This document shows, in pieces, positions 1-8,987 of a stretch of 60,158 bases of DNA (the first letter of the stretch is position 1; each line of letters opens with the position of its first letter). The notes under the pieces are model-generated. The model did not search any database. It saw only the letters and a program-made list of their open reading frames with translations, and was not told the origin of the DNA. This DNA comes from Eubacteriales bacterium (GTDB taxonomy: Bacteria; Bacillota; Clostridia; Oscillospirales; CAG-382), in the NCBI GenBank assembly GCA_045587745.1, contig JAZNCU010000027.1:1-60158 (forward strand), given 5' to 3'. A program made the position numbers and the translations under genes.

Positions 1-1
1 A

Positions 2-925
2 TTATTTGTTCATAAGTGCAAGAACCTCGTCACGGGAGGGAATGGAATACATTGCCCCGATCTTGGTAACCGTGAGAGCGCCTGCGGCATTGGCAAATTT
101 TGCCGAATGCAGAATGTCGCCCGTAGCGAGATATTCCATGGTAAGTGCGGCGGTAAATGCATCGCCTGCGGCGGTGGTATCGACTGCGGTCACATCAAAG
201 GGAGAAATCAGATCGCAGTATTTTCCGTCGTATACATAGCAGCCTCTCGCACCGAGCTTGAGCACAACGTAGCGTATGTCGACCCTGTTGCAGAGTGCCA
301 TCGATGCACGAAGACAGTTCTCGAGATTGTTGGGGCGGATGCCCGTGAGAATCTCGGTCTCGTTCTCGTTGGGGGAGAGAATCTCAACGTGCTCCAGCTT
401 TTCCAGCGGAAAATCGGGAGTGGCAGGACCTGCATCGACAAAAAGCGGAACGCCCTCGTCGTGCGCCAGCCTTGCGGCGGCGATAACGGCATCCTTGTCG
501 ATCTCAAACTGGGTCAGCACGGCGTCGGGATAGCAGTTGAAGGCGTTTTCAACGTCACCCTCTCCAATGCGCTTGTTTGCGCCTCCGTAAACGATGATCC
601 GGTTTGTGCCGCCCTTTTCGAGCATAACAACGGCAAGCCCGGTTTGCTCGTGCTTGTCAACACGGACGTATCGTGTATCTATGCCATGCTCGTTAAAAAG
701 CGAAAGCAGCCTGTCGCCGTAGGCATCGTTGCCCACTCGGGAGCAAAAAACAACGTCTGCACCGAGCTTTGCGGCGGCAACGGCGGCGTTTGCACCCTTT
801 CCCCCGGGGACAAACGAGTAGGCACCGTTTGAAACAAGCGTCTCGCCCGGCGCAGGTATATAGGGAGTTGTAAGCAAAAAGTCAATATTAGAGCTTCCTG
901 CAACGAGAATCCTTGTAGATCCCAT
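2..925 (-). CDS. rbsK: Ribokinase (PfkB family)
   Basis: GSSNID, PGGKGAN and DTTAAGDAF PfkB motifs. Start moved to ATG 925, which follows a GAGGAGG RBS. Confidence 0.9.
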   Translation of the reverse strand: MGSTRILVAGSSNIDFLLTTPYIPAPGETLVSNGAYSFVPGGKGANAAVAAAKLGADVVFCSRVGNDAYGDRLLSLFNEHGIDTRYVRVDKHEQTGLAVVMLEKGGTNRIIVYGGANKRIGEGDVENAFNCYPDAVLTQFEIDKDAVIAAARLAHDEGVPLFVDAGPATPDFPLEKLEHVEILSPNENETEILTGIRPNNLENCLRASMALCNRVDIRYVVLKLGARGCYVYDGKYCDLISPFDVTAVDTTAAGDAFTAALTMEYLATGDILHSAKFANAAGALTVTKIGAMYSIPSRDEVLALMNK

Positions 926-960
926 TCGGCTTCCTCCTCGGTATGCATAATCCATACCTC

Positions 961-989
961 ATTTTACTACAACATTTTCAGGTTGTCAA
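961..989 (-). promoter_or_regulatory. Sigma-A promoter of rbsK
   Basis: Minus strand reads TTGACA-N17-TAAAAT. Confidence 0.75.
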
Positions 990-993
990 CTTT

Positions 994-1254
994 TTATTTG
1001 GGCGGTGCTTTTAAGTATTTCAGCATAGTCGCACGGCCGCCTCTTATGTGACGCTCGGCAAGATTTTTGCTCAGGACCTCGACGGCATCACGGTATACCG
1101 CAGGGCTGATGTGTCGGAGCCGTACCGTGATGTCCTTATGTACCGTGCTTTTGCTCACTCCAAAATATCTGGCCGCCTCACGCACGGTACAGCCCGTTGC
1201 GGCAACAAACCTTCCGATTTCGAGCGCTCTTGCCGGAATTTCGTCGATGTTCAT
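994..1254 (-). CDS. spoIIID: Stage III sporulation protein D (mother-cell transcription factor)
   Basis: TVREAARYFGVSKSTVHKD...ERHIRGG signature; GGGAGG RBS before ATG 1254. Confidence 0.93.
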   Translation of the reverse strand: MNIDEIPARALEIGRFVAATGCTVREAARYFGVSKSTVHKDITVRLRHISPAVYRDAVEVLSKNLAERHIRGGRATMLKYLKAPPK

Positions 1255-1280
1255 ATAATCCCCTCCCTTTGTGCTTGCTA

Positions 1281-1310
1281 ATAATATGCTTTCCGGACTC
1301 AAAAAATTAC
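1281..1310 (-). promoter_or_regulatory. Putative sigma-E promoter of spoIIID
   Basis: Minus strand GTAATTT-N15-CATATTAT resembles the sigma-E consensus; spoIIID is sigma-E dependent in Bacillus and Clostridium. Confidence 0.5.
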
Positions 1311-1366
1311 AGCGCAAAGCCGAGTGAAAAAAGCCAAAAGTAAAGTCGGTTTTTGGTGACATTTTC

Positions 1367-1395
1367 TTGACTTTTTTGTGTTACGGTGATATTAT
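1367..1395 (+). promoter_or_regulatory. Sigma-A promoter of the minD-mgsA-hisS-aspS operon
   Basis: TTGACT-N17-TATTAT with an extended -10 TG. Confidence 0.7.
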
Positions 1396-1430
1396 GTATT
1401 TGTATAACTTTGTCAAAGAGGAGTGATGGT

Positions 1431-2249
1431 ATGGGCAGGGTAATATTTGTTACCGGTTTTAAGGGCGGCGTTGGAAAAACCACCGTTGCCGCCAACGTTG
1501 CATCGTCGCTCCGTGCACTGGGAAACAGGGTGCTTATCATTGACGGAGATTTTGGTATGCGGTGTATGGATATGGTGCTCGGGCTCGAGAGCGAGGCACT
1601 GTTCGATTGCAGTGACGTTCTGATGAAGCGATGTTCCGCCTCCGCCGCACTGACCGACGTTATGGGCGATATGGGATTTTCGTTTATTCCTGCGCCTATG
1701 AACTTTGCCGACGGGCGTATTCCCGAGCGGAATTACTGCGAGATGATATCCGAGCTTCGTAAGGAATACGATTACATTATCATCGATTCCTGTGCCGAGA
1801 TGACGGGCTATTATATGTCCTTTGCGGCTCAGGCAGACGAGGCGATTATAGTCACGCTGCATCAATCTACCTCGGTGCGTGCCGCCGAGAAGACCGCCGC
1901 AAGGCTCACTGCGATGGGTGTTGGGTCACTCTCGCTGGTGGTCAACGGCTACCGCAGTGATTACGCCGACGAGGGCAAGCTGCCCGACATACCAGATATC
2001 ATCAACCGCTCAAAGGTGAGGCTTATTGGAGTGGTGCCTTATTTTGAGGGTATGAACGCCCTGCAGGAAGCAGGATATCTTGCCTTTACGGGCGATATGC
2101 GAAAAAAAGCTACGCAGAGCGAGGCGGCATTCTTAAATATCGCACGTCGTATATGCGGTGTCAGAGTAAAGCTGTTTGACGGGGTCGAAAACCCAAAACG
2201 CCGAGGCAGCTATTCGGGCATCAAAGTTAACAGGAAGAGGGGAAAGTAA
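1431..2249 (+). CDS. minD: MinD-family ATPase (divergent)
   Basis: Deviant Walker A KGGVGKTT, DGDFGMR and NIARRI near the C-terminus; GAGGAG RBS before ATG 1431. Confidence 0.8.
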   Translation: MGRVIFVTGFKGGVGKTTVAANVASSLRALGNRVLIIDGDFGMRCMDMVLGLESEALFDCSDVLMKRCSASAALTDVMGDMGFSFIPAPMNFADGRIPERNYCEMISELRKEYDYIIIDSCAEMTGYYMSFAAQADEAIIVTLHQSTSVRAAEKTAARLTAMGVGSLSLVVNGYRSDYADEGKLPDIPDIINRSKVRLIGVVPYFEGMNALQEAGYLAFTGDMRKKATQSEAAFLNIARRICGVRVKLFDGVENPKRRGSYSGIKVNRKRGK

Positions 2250-2662
2250 TGAACATTGCCATTATTGCAAACGATAAGAAAAAAGAGCTTATTACCGAGT
2301 TTTGCATTGCATACTGCGGTATACTTGCCAAGCACCGCATTTGCGCTACCGGAATAACGGGCAAGTATATTTCCGAGGCTACCGGACTTCCTATCGAGTG
2401 CCTTCTTGCCGGCAGTCACGGCGGCGCCGAGCAGATTGCGGCAAAAATCGCTTACGGCGAGGTTGACGTGATGATCCTTCTCAGGGACACCACCAACGAT
2501 TTTGAGTATGCCGAGAGCGAGCCCAGCATTGTAAAGCTTTGCGATAAATATACCATTCCCGTTGCCACTAACATCGCTACTGCGGAGGTACTCGTGCTTG
2601 CGCTCGACCGTGGCGATCTCGATTGGCGACAGAATCTTAACGGCGGAGGCCTGAATGTCTAA
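2249..2662 (+). CDS. mgsA: Methylglyoxal synthase homolog with substituted catalytic residues
   Basis: MNIAIIA.DKKKE, ATGITG, IPVATNIATAE and DLDWR match the MgsA scaffold; start overlaps the minD stop (TAATG). Confidence 0.8.
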   Translation: MNIAIIANDKKKELITEFCIAYCGILAKHRICATGITGKYISEATGLPIECLLAGSHGGAEQIAAKIAYGEVDVMILLRDTTNDFEYAESEPSIVKLCDKYTIPVATNIATAEVLVLALDRGDLDWRQNLNGGGLNV

Positions 2663-3917
2663 AATTCAAAAACCCAAAGGAACTCTCGATATTCTTCCCG
2701 GCGAGATCGAGCTCTGGCAGTATATCGAGAAAAACGTCAAAAAAATAGCTTCTACATACGGATTTTCGGAAATCCGTATGCCTACGTTTGAGCATACCGA
2801 GCTGTTTTGCCGGGGTGTCGGCGACACTACCGACGTGGTCGGAAAGGAAATGTACACCTTTATCGACAAGGACGGAAGCAGTCTTTCGCTCCGCCCCGAG
2901 GGCACTGCGGGTATTGCAAGAAGCGTTATCGAGAACGGCCTTTATGCCGGCGCAATGCCTCTAAAGCTGTTCTACGTTTCCAACTTCTTCCGCCGTGAAA
3001 AGCCGCAGGCGGGCAGAAGCCGTGAGTTCTGGCAGTTCGGCACCGAGCTGTACGGAAGCTCATCTCCCGAGGCGGATGCCGAGGTTATTATGCTCGCAAA
3101 CGAGGTTTTTGCCTCATTCGGGCTCAAAAACGTCGTGCTCCGCATCAATTCCATCGGCTGTCCCGAGTGCCGCCCCGCTTACAGGGCGTCCCTCGTTGAA
3201 TATTTTTCGGCGCATACCGACAAGCTCTGCGATACCTGCAAGGAGCGTCTTACAAAGAACCCCCTCCGTGTGCTTGACTGCAAGAGCCCTATTTGCTCGG
3301 CGATCGCCGCCGATGCTCCCAAAACTGTTGACAGCCTTTGCGATAGCTGTGAGAGCCATTTCGAAAAGGTGTGCTCGATCCTTTCGGATTGCGGAATCGG
3401 CTACGTGAGAGATCCCTCTATCGTAAGAGGACTCGATTATTATACGGGCGTTGTTTTTGAGTTTACGGTGGACACCATCGGCGCACAGAGCACGGTCTGC
3501 GGAGGCGGCCGCTACGACGGACTCATTTCCTCGCTCGGCGGCCCTGCGCTTCCTGCGGTGGGCTTCGGTATGGGTATAACACGTCTTATTCAGGCTCTCA
3601 AGGATGAGGGCGCGGTTCCCGATACGGTTGTCGGAGCCGATATCTATCTTGCCTCTCTGGGCGACAGCGCAAGGGCAAGGCTGTTTACGCTCGCTCACGG
3701 TCTGCGTGCGAGGGGAATCAGAGCCGAGGCGGATATTTGTGCACGCTCGCTCAAGGCACAGATGAAGTATGCCGATAAGACGGGCGCAAGATACGTCCTC
3801 GTAGTGGGTGATAACGAGCTCGAGGAGGGCAGAGCCGAGCTGCGTAATATGCAGACGGGCGAAAAGGTACAGATTGGTTTAAGCATCGACGATATAATCA
3901 AAGGCGTGGGAAACTGA
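2655..3917 (+). CDS. hisS: Histidine--tRNA ligase
   Basis: LRPEGTAG, RREKPQAGR, VRGLDYY and GGGRYDGL motifs. Confidence 0.97.
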   Translation: MSKIQKPKGTLDILPGEIELWQYIEKNVKKIASTYGFSEIRMPTFEHTELFCRGVGDTTDVVGKEMYTFIDKDGSSLSLRPEGTAGIARSVIENGLYAGAMPLKLFYVSNFFRREKPQAGRSREFWQFGTELYGSSSPEADAEVIMLANEVFASFGLKNVVLRINSIGCPECRPAYRASLVEYFSAHTDKLCDTCKERLTKNPLRVLDCKSPICSAIAADAPKTVDSLCDSCESHFEKVCSILSDCGIGYVRDPSIVRGLDYYTGVVFEFTVDTIGAQSTVCGGGRYDGLISSLGGPALPAVGFGMGITRLIQALKDEGAVPDTVVGADIYLASLGDSARARLFTLAHGLRARGIRAEADICARSLKAQMKYADKTGARYVLVVGDNELEEGRAELRNMQTGEKVQIGLSIDDIIKGVGN

Positions 3918-3958
3918 GCCCGACTGCCGAAATTTTATAGAAAAGAGTTAAAAAGACA

Positions 3959-5731
3959 ATGGCAGAATTTCTTGGAAGCGACCGCCGCACGCATTATTGC
4001 GGCGAACTCAGAGAATGTAATGTTGGCGAGAGAGTTTGCGTTATGGGCTGGGTAAAGCGCCGCCGCGATCTCGGAAGCCTTATTTTCGTAGACCTTCGTG
4101 ACAGAACCGGCATCGTGCAGCTCGCATTTGACGAGAACACCGCACGAGAGGTGTTTGATAAAGCGTTTACACTCCGAAACGAGTTCGTTGTTTCGGCAAC
4201 GGGCGAGGTGCGTGAGCGCTCCAGCAAAAACCACGATATCCCTACCGGAAGCATCGAGATCTACGCAGATGCTCTTAAAATACTCGGTGAGAGCGAGACC
4301 CCTCCCTTTGAGATCGTTGACGATTGCAAGGCAAACGAGGAGCTGAGGCTCAAGCACCGCTATCTCGACCTACGCAGAAGCTCGCTCCAGAGCAATATTA
4401 TTTTCCGCTCCAAGGTGGCAAAATCTGTCAGAGATTATTTTTGCAATAACGGATTTATCGAGCTCGAGACTCCTGTGCTTATAAAAAGCACTCCCGAGGG
4501 AGCAAGGGACTATCTCGTGCCCTCCCGTATTCACAAGGGCTCGTTCTACGCACTTCCTCAGTCCCCTCAGCTCTATAAGCAGCTTTCGATGGTGGCGGGC
4601 TTTGACCGCTACTTCCAGCTTGCGCGCTGCTTCCGTGACGAGGACCTCCGTGCCGACCGCCAGCCCGAGTTTACTCAGATCGACTTTGAGATGAGCTTTG
4701 TTGATACCGACGACGTTCTCGCTATCGGCGAGGGACTTATCAGCCACGTATTCAAGGAATGTCTCGGTGTTGAAATAGAAACTCCGCTGCCCCGATACAC
4801 CTATAAAGAGTGTATGGAGCGTTACGGCTCGGACAAGCCCGATATCCGCTTCGGTATGGAAATCGTGGACATCTCGGATGCCGTTAAGGACTGCGGATTC
4901 CCCGTGTTTACGGGTGCGATCGCCGATGGCGGAAGCGTTAGAGCCATCAATCTCGAGGGCTATGCCGACAAAATGACCCGCAAGGATATAGACAAGCTCG
5001 TTGAGTACGCAAAGGGTTGCGGTGCAAAGGGTCTTGCCTGGCTTAAGAGGGGCGAGACGTTCAGCGGCTCCTTCCTCAAATTCTTTACCGAGGATGAGAT
5101 TGTTGCAATTTGCGATGCAGCAGGATGCAAGCAGGGCGACGTTCTGCTCATTATTGCCGACAGCGACAGCTCCAAGGTGCTCACTCAGCTCGGCCAGCTT
5201 CGTGTTGAGGCGGCAAACCGTCTCGGAGTGGAGCGAGAGGGCTTTAAGTTCCTCTGGGTGGTTGAGATGCCCTTCTTTGAGTATGATGCCGAAAGCGGCG
5301 AGTACGTAGCAATGCACCATCCCTTTACCTCGCCTCTCGATGAGTGTGTTGAGTATCTCGAGACCGATAAAGCAAAGGTACGTGCAAAGGCCTATGACCT
5401 TGTTCTCAACGGCATTGAGCTTTCGAGCGGAAGCATACGTATCACCGAGCCTGCGCTTCAGGCTAAAATATTCTCTCTTCTCGGACTCTCGGAGGAGGAG
5501 GCGAGCATCAAGTTTGGCTACCTGCTCGAGGCGTTCAAATACGGTGCGCCTCCTCACGGCGGTATGGCGCTCGGACTCGACCGACTCGTTATGCAGATGC
5601 TGGGCGCATCCAGTCTGCGTGACGTAGTTGCCTTCCCCAAGGTGCAAAACGCAAAAGAACTTATGACCGATTGCCCTGCTGAGGTTCCTCAGGCATCGCT
5701 TGATGATCTCGGCATCGGCATTATCAAATAA
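3959..5731 (+). CDS. aspS: Aspartate--tRNA ligase
   Basis: RTHYCG, STPEGARDY, FRDEDLRADRQPEF and GAPPHGG motifs. Confidence 0.97.
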   Translation: MAEFLGSDRRTHYCGELRECNVGERVCVMGWVKRRRDLGSLIFVDLRDRTGIVQLAFDENTAREVFDKAFTLRNEFVVSATGEVRERSSKNHDIPTGSIEIYADALKILGESETPPFEIVDDCKANEELRLKHRYLDLRRSSLQSNIIFRSKVAKSVRDYFCNNGFIELETPVLIKSTPEGARDYLVPSRIHKGSFYALPQSPQLYKQLSMVAGFDRYFQLARCFRDEDLRADRQPEFTQIDFEMSFVDTDDVLAIGEGLISHVFKECLGVEIETPLPRYTYKECMERYGSDKPDIRFGMEIVDISDAVKDCGFPVFTGAIADGGSVRAINLEGYADKMTRKDIDKLVEYAKGCGAKGLAWLKRGETFSGSFLKFFTEDEIVAICDAAGCKQGDVLLIIADSDSSKVLTQLGQLRVEAANRLGVEREGFKFLWVVEMPFFEYDAESGEYVAMHHPFTSPLDECVEYLETDKAKVRAKAYDLVLNGIELSSGSIRITEPALQAKIFSLLGLSEEEASIKFGYLLEAFKYGAPPHGGMALGLDRLVMQMLGASSLRDVVAFPKVQNAKELMTDCPAEVPQASLDDLGIGIIK

Positions 5732-5754
5732 TTTACTAAAAGGAATTCCACGCT

Positions 5755-6726
5755 ATGATTGAGATTACCGATCTCCGAAAAAACTTTGGAGACAAAAAAG
5801 CCGTTGACGGAATATCTTTTACCGTAAGCGAGGGTGAGATACTCGGATTCCTCGGACCTAACGGCGCAGGAAAGAGCACCACGCTCAACATTCTTACGGG
5901 TTATCTTTCCGCAAGCAGCGGAAGCGCAAAGATTGACGGAATTGATATATTGGACGATCCGCTCGGTGCAAAAAAGAACATAGGCTTCCTGCCCGAGATA
6001 CCTCCGCTTTACCCTGAAATGACGGTCAACGAGTACCTGAGCTTCGTTTATGAGCTCAAGGGCTGCCGTCTGCCCAAAAAACAGCATATCCGTGAGGTGT
6101 GCGAGGTCGTTAAGATCGAGGACGTTAAAAACCGTCTTATCAAAAACCTCTCCAAGGGCTATAAGCAAAGAGTAGGTATTGCACAGGCGCTTATCGGTAA
6201 TCCCAAGGTGCTGATATTCGATGAGCCCACTATCGGTCTCGATCCGAGACAGATCATCGAGATACGCAACCTTATCCGTATGCTCGGAAAGGAGCATACA
6301 ATCATTCTTTCCACCCACATTCTGCCCGAGGTACAGGCGGTTTGCGATAAGATCGTCGTTATCAACAAGGGAAAGCTCGTTGCCAACGAGAAGACCGAGG
6401 ATCTTATCAATGCGGTAGAGGGCGGCAGGAAGCTGATCGCAAAGATCGTCGGACCCGAGGAGGAGGTCGTCAAGGCACTCAAGGCTATCGGCGGTATGAA
6501 GAGCGTCGGAGTTATCGGAAAAAGAGATACCGACAGCATCAGCTATCTGCTCGAGTCGGAGGACAGAGTGGATATCCGTAAATCGCTGTTCTACTCCCTT
6601 TCGTCAAAAGGCTGGCCTTTGATAGGTCTTGAGGGAATGGAGCTCAGCCTCGAGGATATCTTTATCCGCCTCGTGGGCAAGGATAAGGATAAGGATAATG
6701 CTAAAAAAAGAAGGGGGAGTAAGTAA
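5755..6726 (+). CDS. ABC-2 transporter ATP-binding protein (GldA-like)
   Basis: GPNGAGKST, LSKGYKQR signature, DEPTIGLDP and STH; C-terminal ACT-like extension. Confidence 0.9.
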   Translation: MIEITDLRKNFGDKKAVDGISFTVSEGEILGFLGPNGAGKSTTLNILTGYLSASSGSAKIDGIDILDDPLGAKKNIGFLPEIPPLYPEMTVNEYLSFVYELKGCRLPKKQHIREVCEVVKIEDVKNRLIKNLSKGYKQRVGIAQALIGNPKVLIFDEPTIGLDPRQIIEIRNLIRMLGKEHTIILSTHILPEVQAVCDKIVVINKGKLVANEKTEDLINAVEGGRKLIAKIVGPEEEVVKALKAIGGMKSVGVIGKRDTDSISYLLESEDRVDIRKSLFYSLSSKGWPLIGLEGMELSLEDIFIRLVGKDKDKDNAKKRRGSK

Positions 6727-7434
6727 ATGTTTGCAATATATACCCGTGAGTTAAAGTCTTACTTCCTCACGCCTATCGGCTATACTTTCTGTGCGATGTT
6801 CCTCGTTGTTTCGGGAATATTGTTCGCTCAGAGCACGCTTCTCGCTCAGTCCACCTCAAGCATGAGCGTTTACTTTATTGAGCTTATGTTCGTGTTCTCC
6901 ATCCTTTTGCCTCTGCTTACGATGAAGCTCCTCTCGGAGGACCGCAAATCAAGGACCGACCAGATTTTGCTTACCAGCCCTGTTTCGATTTTTGGAATCG
7001 TTGCCGGTAAATACCTTGCGGCACTCACGATTTTTGCCTGCACGTTCGTGGTAAACAGCTTTAACTTCGTGTTACTCGGTATCTACGGAACGCCCAACTC
7101 GCTTTCCATTTTTATCAACATTTTAGGCTTGTTCCTTCTCGGTGCGGCGTTTATCGCAATAGGACTTTTCCTTTCCTCCATTACCGAGAACCAGCTCATT
7201 GCCGCAGTTTCGGCTATGGGTGTTAACGTTGCAATGCTTCTCGTGAGTATGGTTGCCGAGGAAATCAACGCAACCTGGCTCCGTACCGTACTCAAGCTGT
7301 TTTCGGTGGTGGACAGGTTCTCGCCCTTCACCAACCAGATGCTTGACGTTTCGGCAATCGTTTATTACATCAGCCTTGCGGCAGTATTTTTGTTCCTTAC
7401 AACCCGCGTTATCGAAAAACGCAGGTGGTCGTAA
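6727..7434 (+). CDS. ABC-2 transporter permease (GldF-like)
   Basis: About six hydrophobic segments; RELKSYF.TPIGY, LLTSPVS and TENQLIAA motifs. Confidence 0.85.
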   Translation: MFAIYTRELKSYFLTPIGYTFCAMFLVVSGILFAQSTLLAQSTSSMSVYFIELMFVFSILLPLLTMKLLSEDRKSRTDQILLTSPVSIFGIVAGKYLAALTIFACTFVVNSFNFVLLGIYGTPNSLSIFINILGLFLLGAAFIAIGLFLSSITENQLIAAVSAMGVNVAMLLVSMVAEEINATWLRTVLKLFSVVDRFSPFTNQMLDVSAIVYYISLAAVFLFLTTRVIEKRRWS

Positions 7435-7452
7435 TGAGGGGAGGCAGCATAT

Positions 7453-8964
7453 ATGAATAACAACACCAAAACCCCTGTTACCAAGGACCGCAGAAGAGCT
7501 AAATACGGCTCGCTTTCGGTAGCCTTTACGGTTGTATTTGTTGCGCTTATAATCATTATTAACGCATTCTTTACCTCGCTTTCGCTATCGGGCGATCTTG
7601 CGGTTGACCTGACAAACGAGGAGTTTACGGTTATCGGAGACGAGACAAAAACTCTGCTTAATTCGCTTGGCGATGACCTTGACATCACTATCTATTTCCT
7701 TGCGGCACGTGATCTGTTTGACACGGATTCCTATATCGCCAACGGCATAAGGCTTTTAACGATCGTGCGTGATCTTGCCGAGAGCTACGAGCGTGAATTT
7801 AGCGACAAGATACGTGTAGAGTATAAGGAAATCGGCACCGATCCCGCTTTTGAGCAAAAATACGTTGAGGAGGCAGGTGCCGCTCTCAGCGCAAACAGCA
7901 TTATTATTCAGGGTAAGTACCATTACCGTGTTCTTGCGCTTGATGCTCTGTTTGAGATCGATTCCGAGACGCAGTCCTACTATGCCTTCAACGGCGAGTA
8001 CCGTATGACCGCAGCTATTCTTCAAAGCTCTATCTCGGAGCCCAAGCTCGTTGCGCTTACGACCGGACACGGCGAGACACCCTCCGATTCACTCGTTTCC
8101 ATCCTCAACGGCGCAGGCTTTGAGGTTGAAAACGTAAATATTGCAAAGGACGGCATCAGCGAGCGGGCAGATATCGTTATCACCGTTGCTCCCGTTACCG
8201 ATTTCACTACCGATGAGATCGACGATATGACACGTTATCTCGCCGGATACAAGTCTTTTATCGTAATGGTAAACGCATCCACTCCCGCACTTCCCAACCT
8301 CAGCTCGATGCTGGAGGATTATTGGGGAATAGGCTACAAAGCCAACTCGGTCATTACCGACTCGCAGAACGCAATCAAAAAGGATTCGGTTATAAAGGCA
8401 AACTATGTTATCCTCGGTGATAATGCGGCTACCACCTCGGCGGCTTATCAGGTGCACAAAACCGTTTCCTCGCTTCAGGGCGAGGTGACCACGGTTCTTC
8501 CCGATGCGGTTGAGCTGTTCCGTGCCGAGAGCACCGCCGCAAGCGCCCCTACGGTTGAAACTGTTATGACCACCTACGATACCGCCGTTGCAACCAAGGA
8601 CGGCGAGGTGGTAAGTACGGGCAAGGAGATTCCCATTATGCTCCTTTCCACCAAGACCGCCTATGATAATGATGCGAACAACGCACGCCGATTTGCGTAC
8701 GTGATGCTCGTTGCAAGCACCGATTTTGCAAATGATTCCAACCTCGACGGTCAGTACGGCAACCGCCGTGTTCTGCTTGCCTCCGCAAGGACCTTTGGAA
8801 CCTTCCACGTAGCTCCCGATATCAGCTCCAAGCCCTTTGGCGAGTCGGTTCTTGATATCGAGATCGGAACGGCTAACATATTTACCGTTTTAATATGCAC
8901 CGTAGTTCCTCTTTCGCTCGTTGTTTGCGGTATGCTCGTGTTCCTGCGTCGCAGACATATGTAA
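7453..8964 (+). CDS. GldG-family ABC transporter auxiliary protein
   Basis: N- and C-terminal TM helices; DLT...FT, F.GE..(M)T.AI and TTGHGE motifs typical of GldG/ABC_transp_aux. Confidence 0.8.
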   Translation: MNNNTKTPVTKDRRRAKYGSLSVAFTVVFVALIIIINAFFTSLSLSGDLAVDLTNEEFTVIGDETKTLLNSLGDDLDITIYFLAARDLFDTDSYIANGIRLLTIVRDLAESYEREFSDKIRVEYKEIGTDPAFEQKYVEEAGAALSANSIIIQGKYHYRVLALDALFEIDSETQSYYAFNGEYRMTAAILQSSISEPKLVALTTGHGETPSDSLVSILNGAGFEVENVNIAKDGISERADIVITVAPVTDFTTDEIDDMTRYLAGYKSFIVMVNASTPALPNLSSMLEDYWGIGYKANSVITDSQNAIKKDSVIKANYVILGDNAATTSAAYQVHKTVSSLQGEVTTVLPDAVELFRAESTAASAPTVETVMTTYDTAVATKDGEVVSTGKEIPIMLLSTKTAYDNDANNARRFAYVMLVASTDFANDSNLDGQYGNRRVLLASARTFGTFHVAPDISSKPFGESVLDIEIGTANIFTVLICTVVPLSLVVCGMLVFLRRRHM

Positions 8965-8987
8965 ATTTTAGTACTGAAGGACCGTTT

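Noticed and set aside
2600-2660. Possible T-box leader for hisS-aspS
   Set aside because: hisS overlaps the mgsA stop; there is no leader space and no T-box consensus.
3918-3958. TGNCGAA (Spo0A-box-like) matches here and near 12986
   Set aside because: Single degenerate 7-mers are expected by chance at this GC content, and there is no supporting context.
4370-5647. 425-aa ORF antisense to aspS, and similar long ORFs at 9606-10805, 27356-28306, 33506-34498, 38296-39255 and 39628-40956
   Set aside because: All lie antisense to well-supported genes and have no motifs; same shadow effect.
6678-6698. Short tandem repeat (AAGGAT x3) at the end of the ABC ATPase gene
   Set aside because: In-frame hexamer encoding a KDKDKD low-complexity tail; no phase-variation potential.
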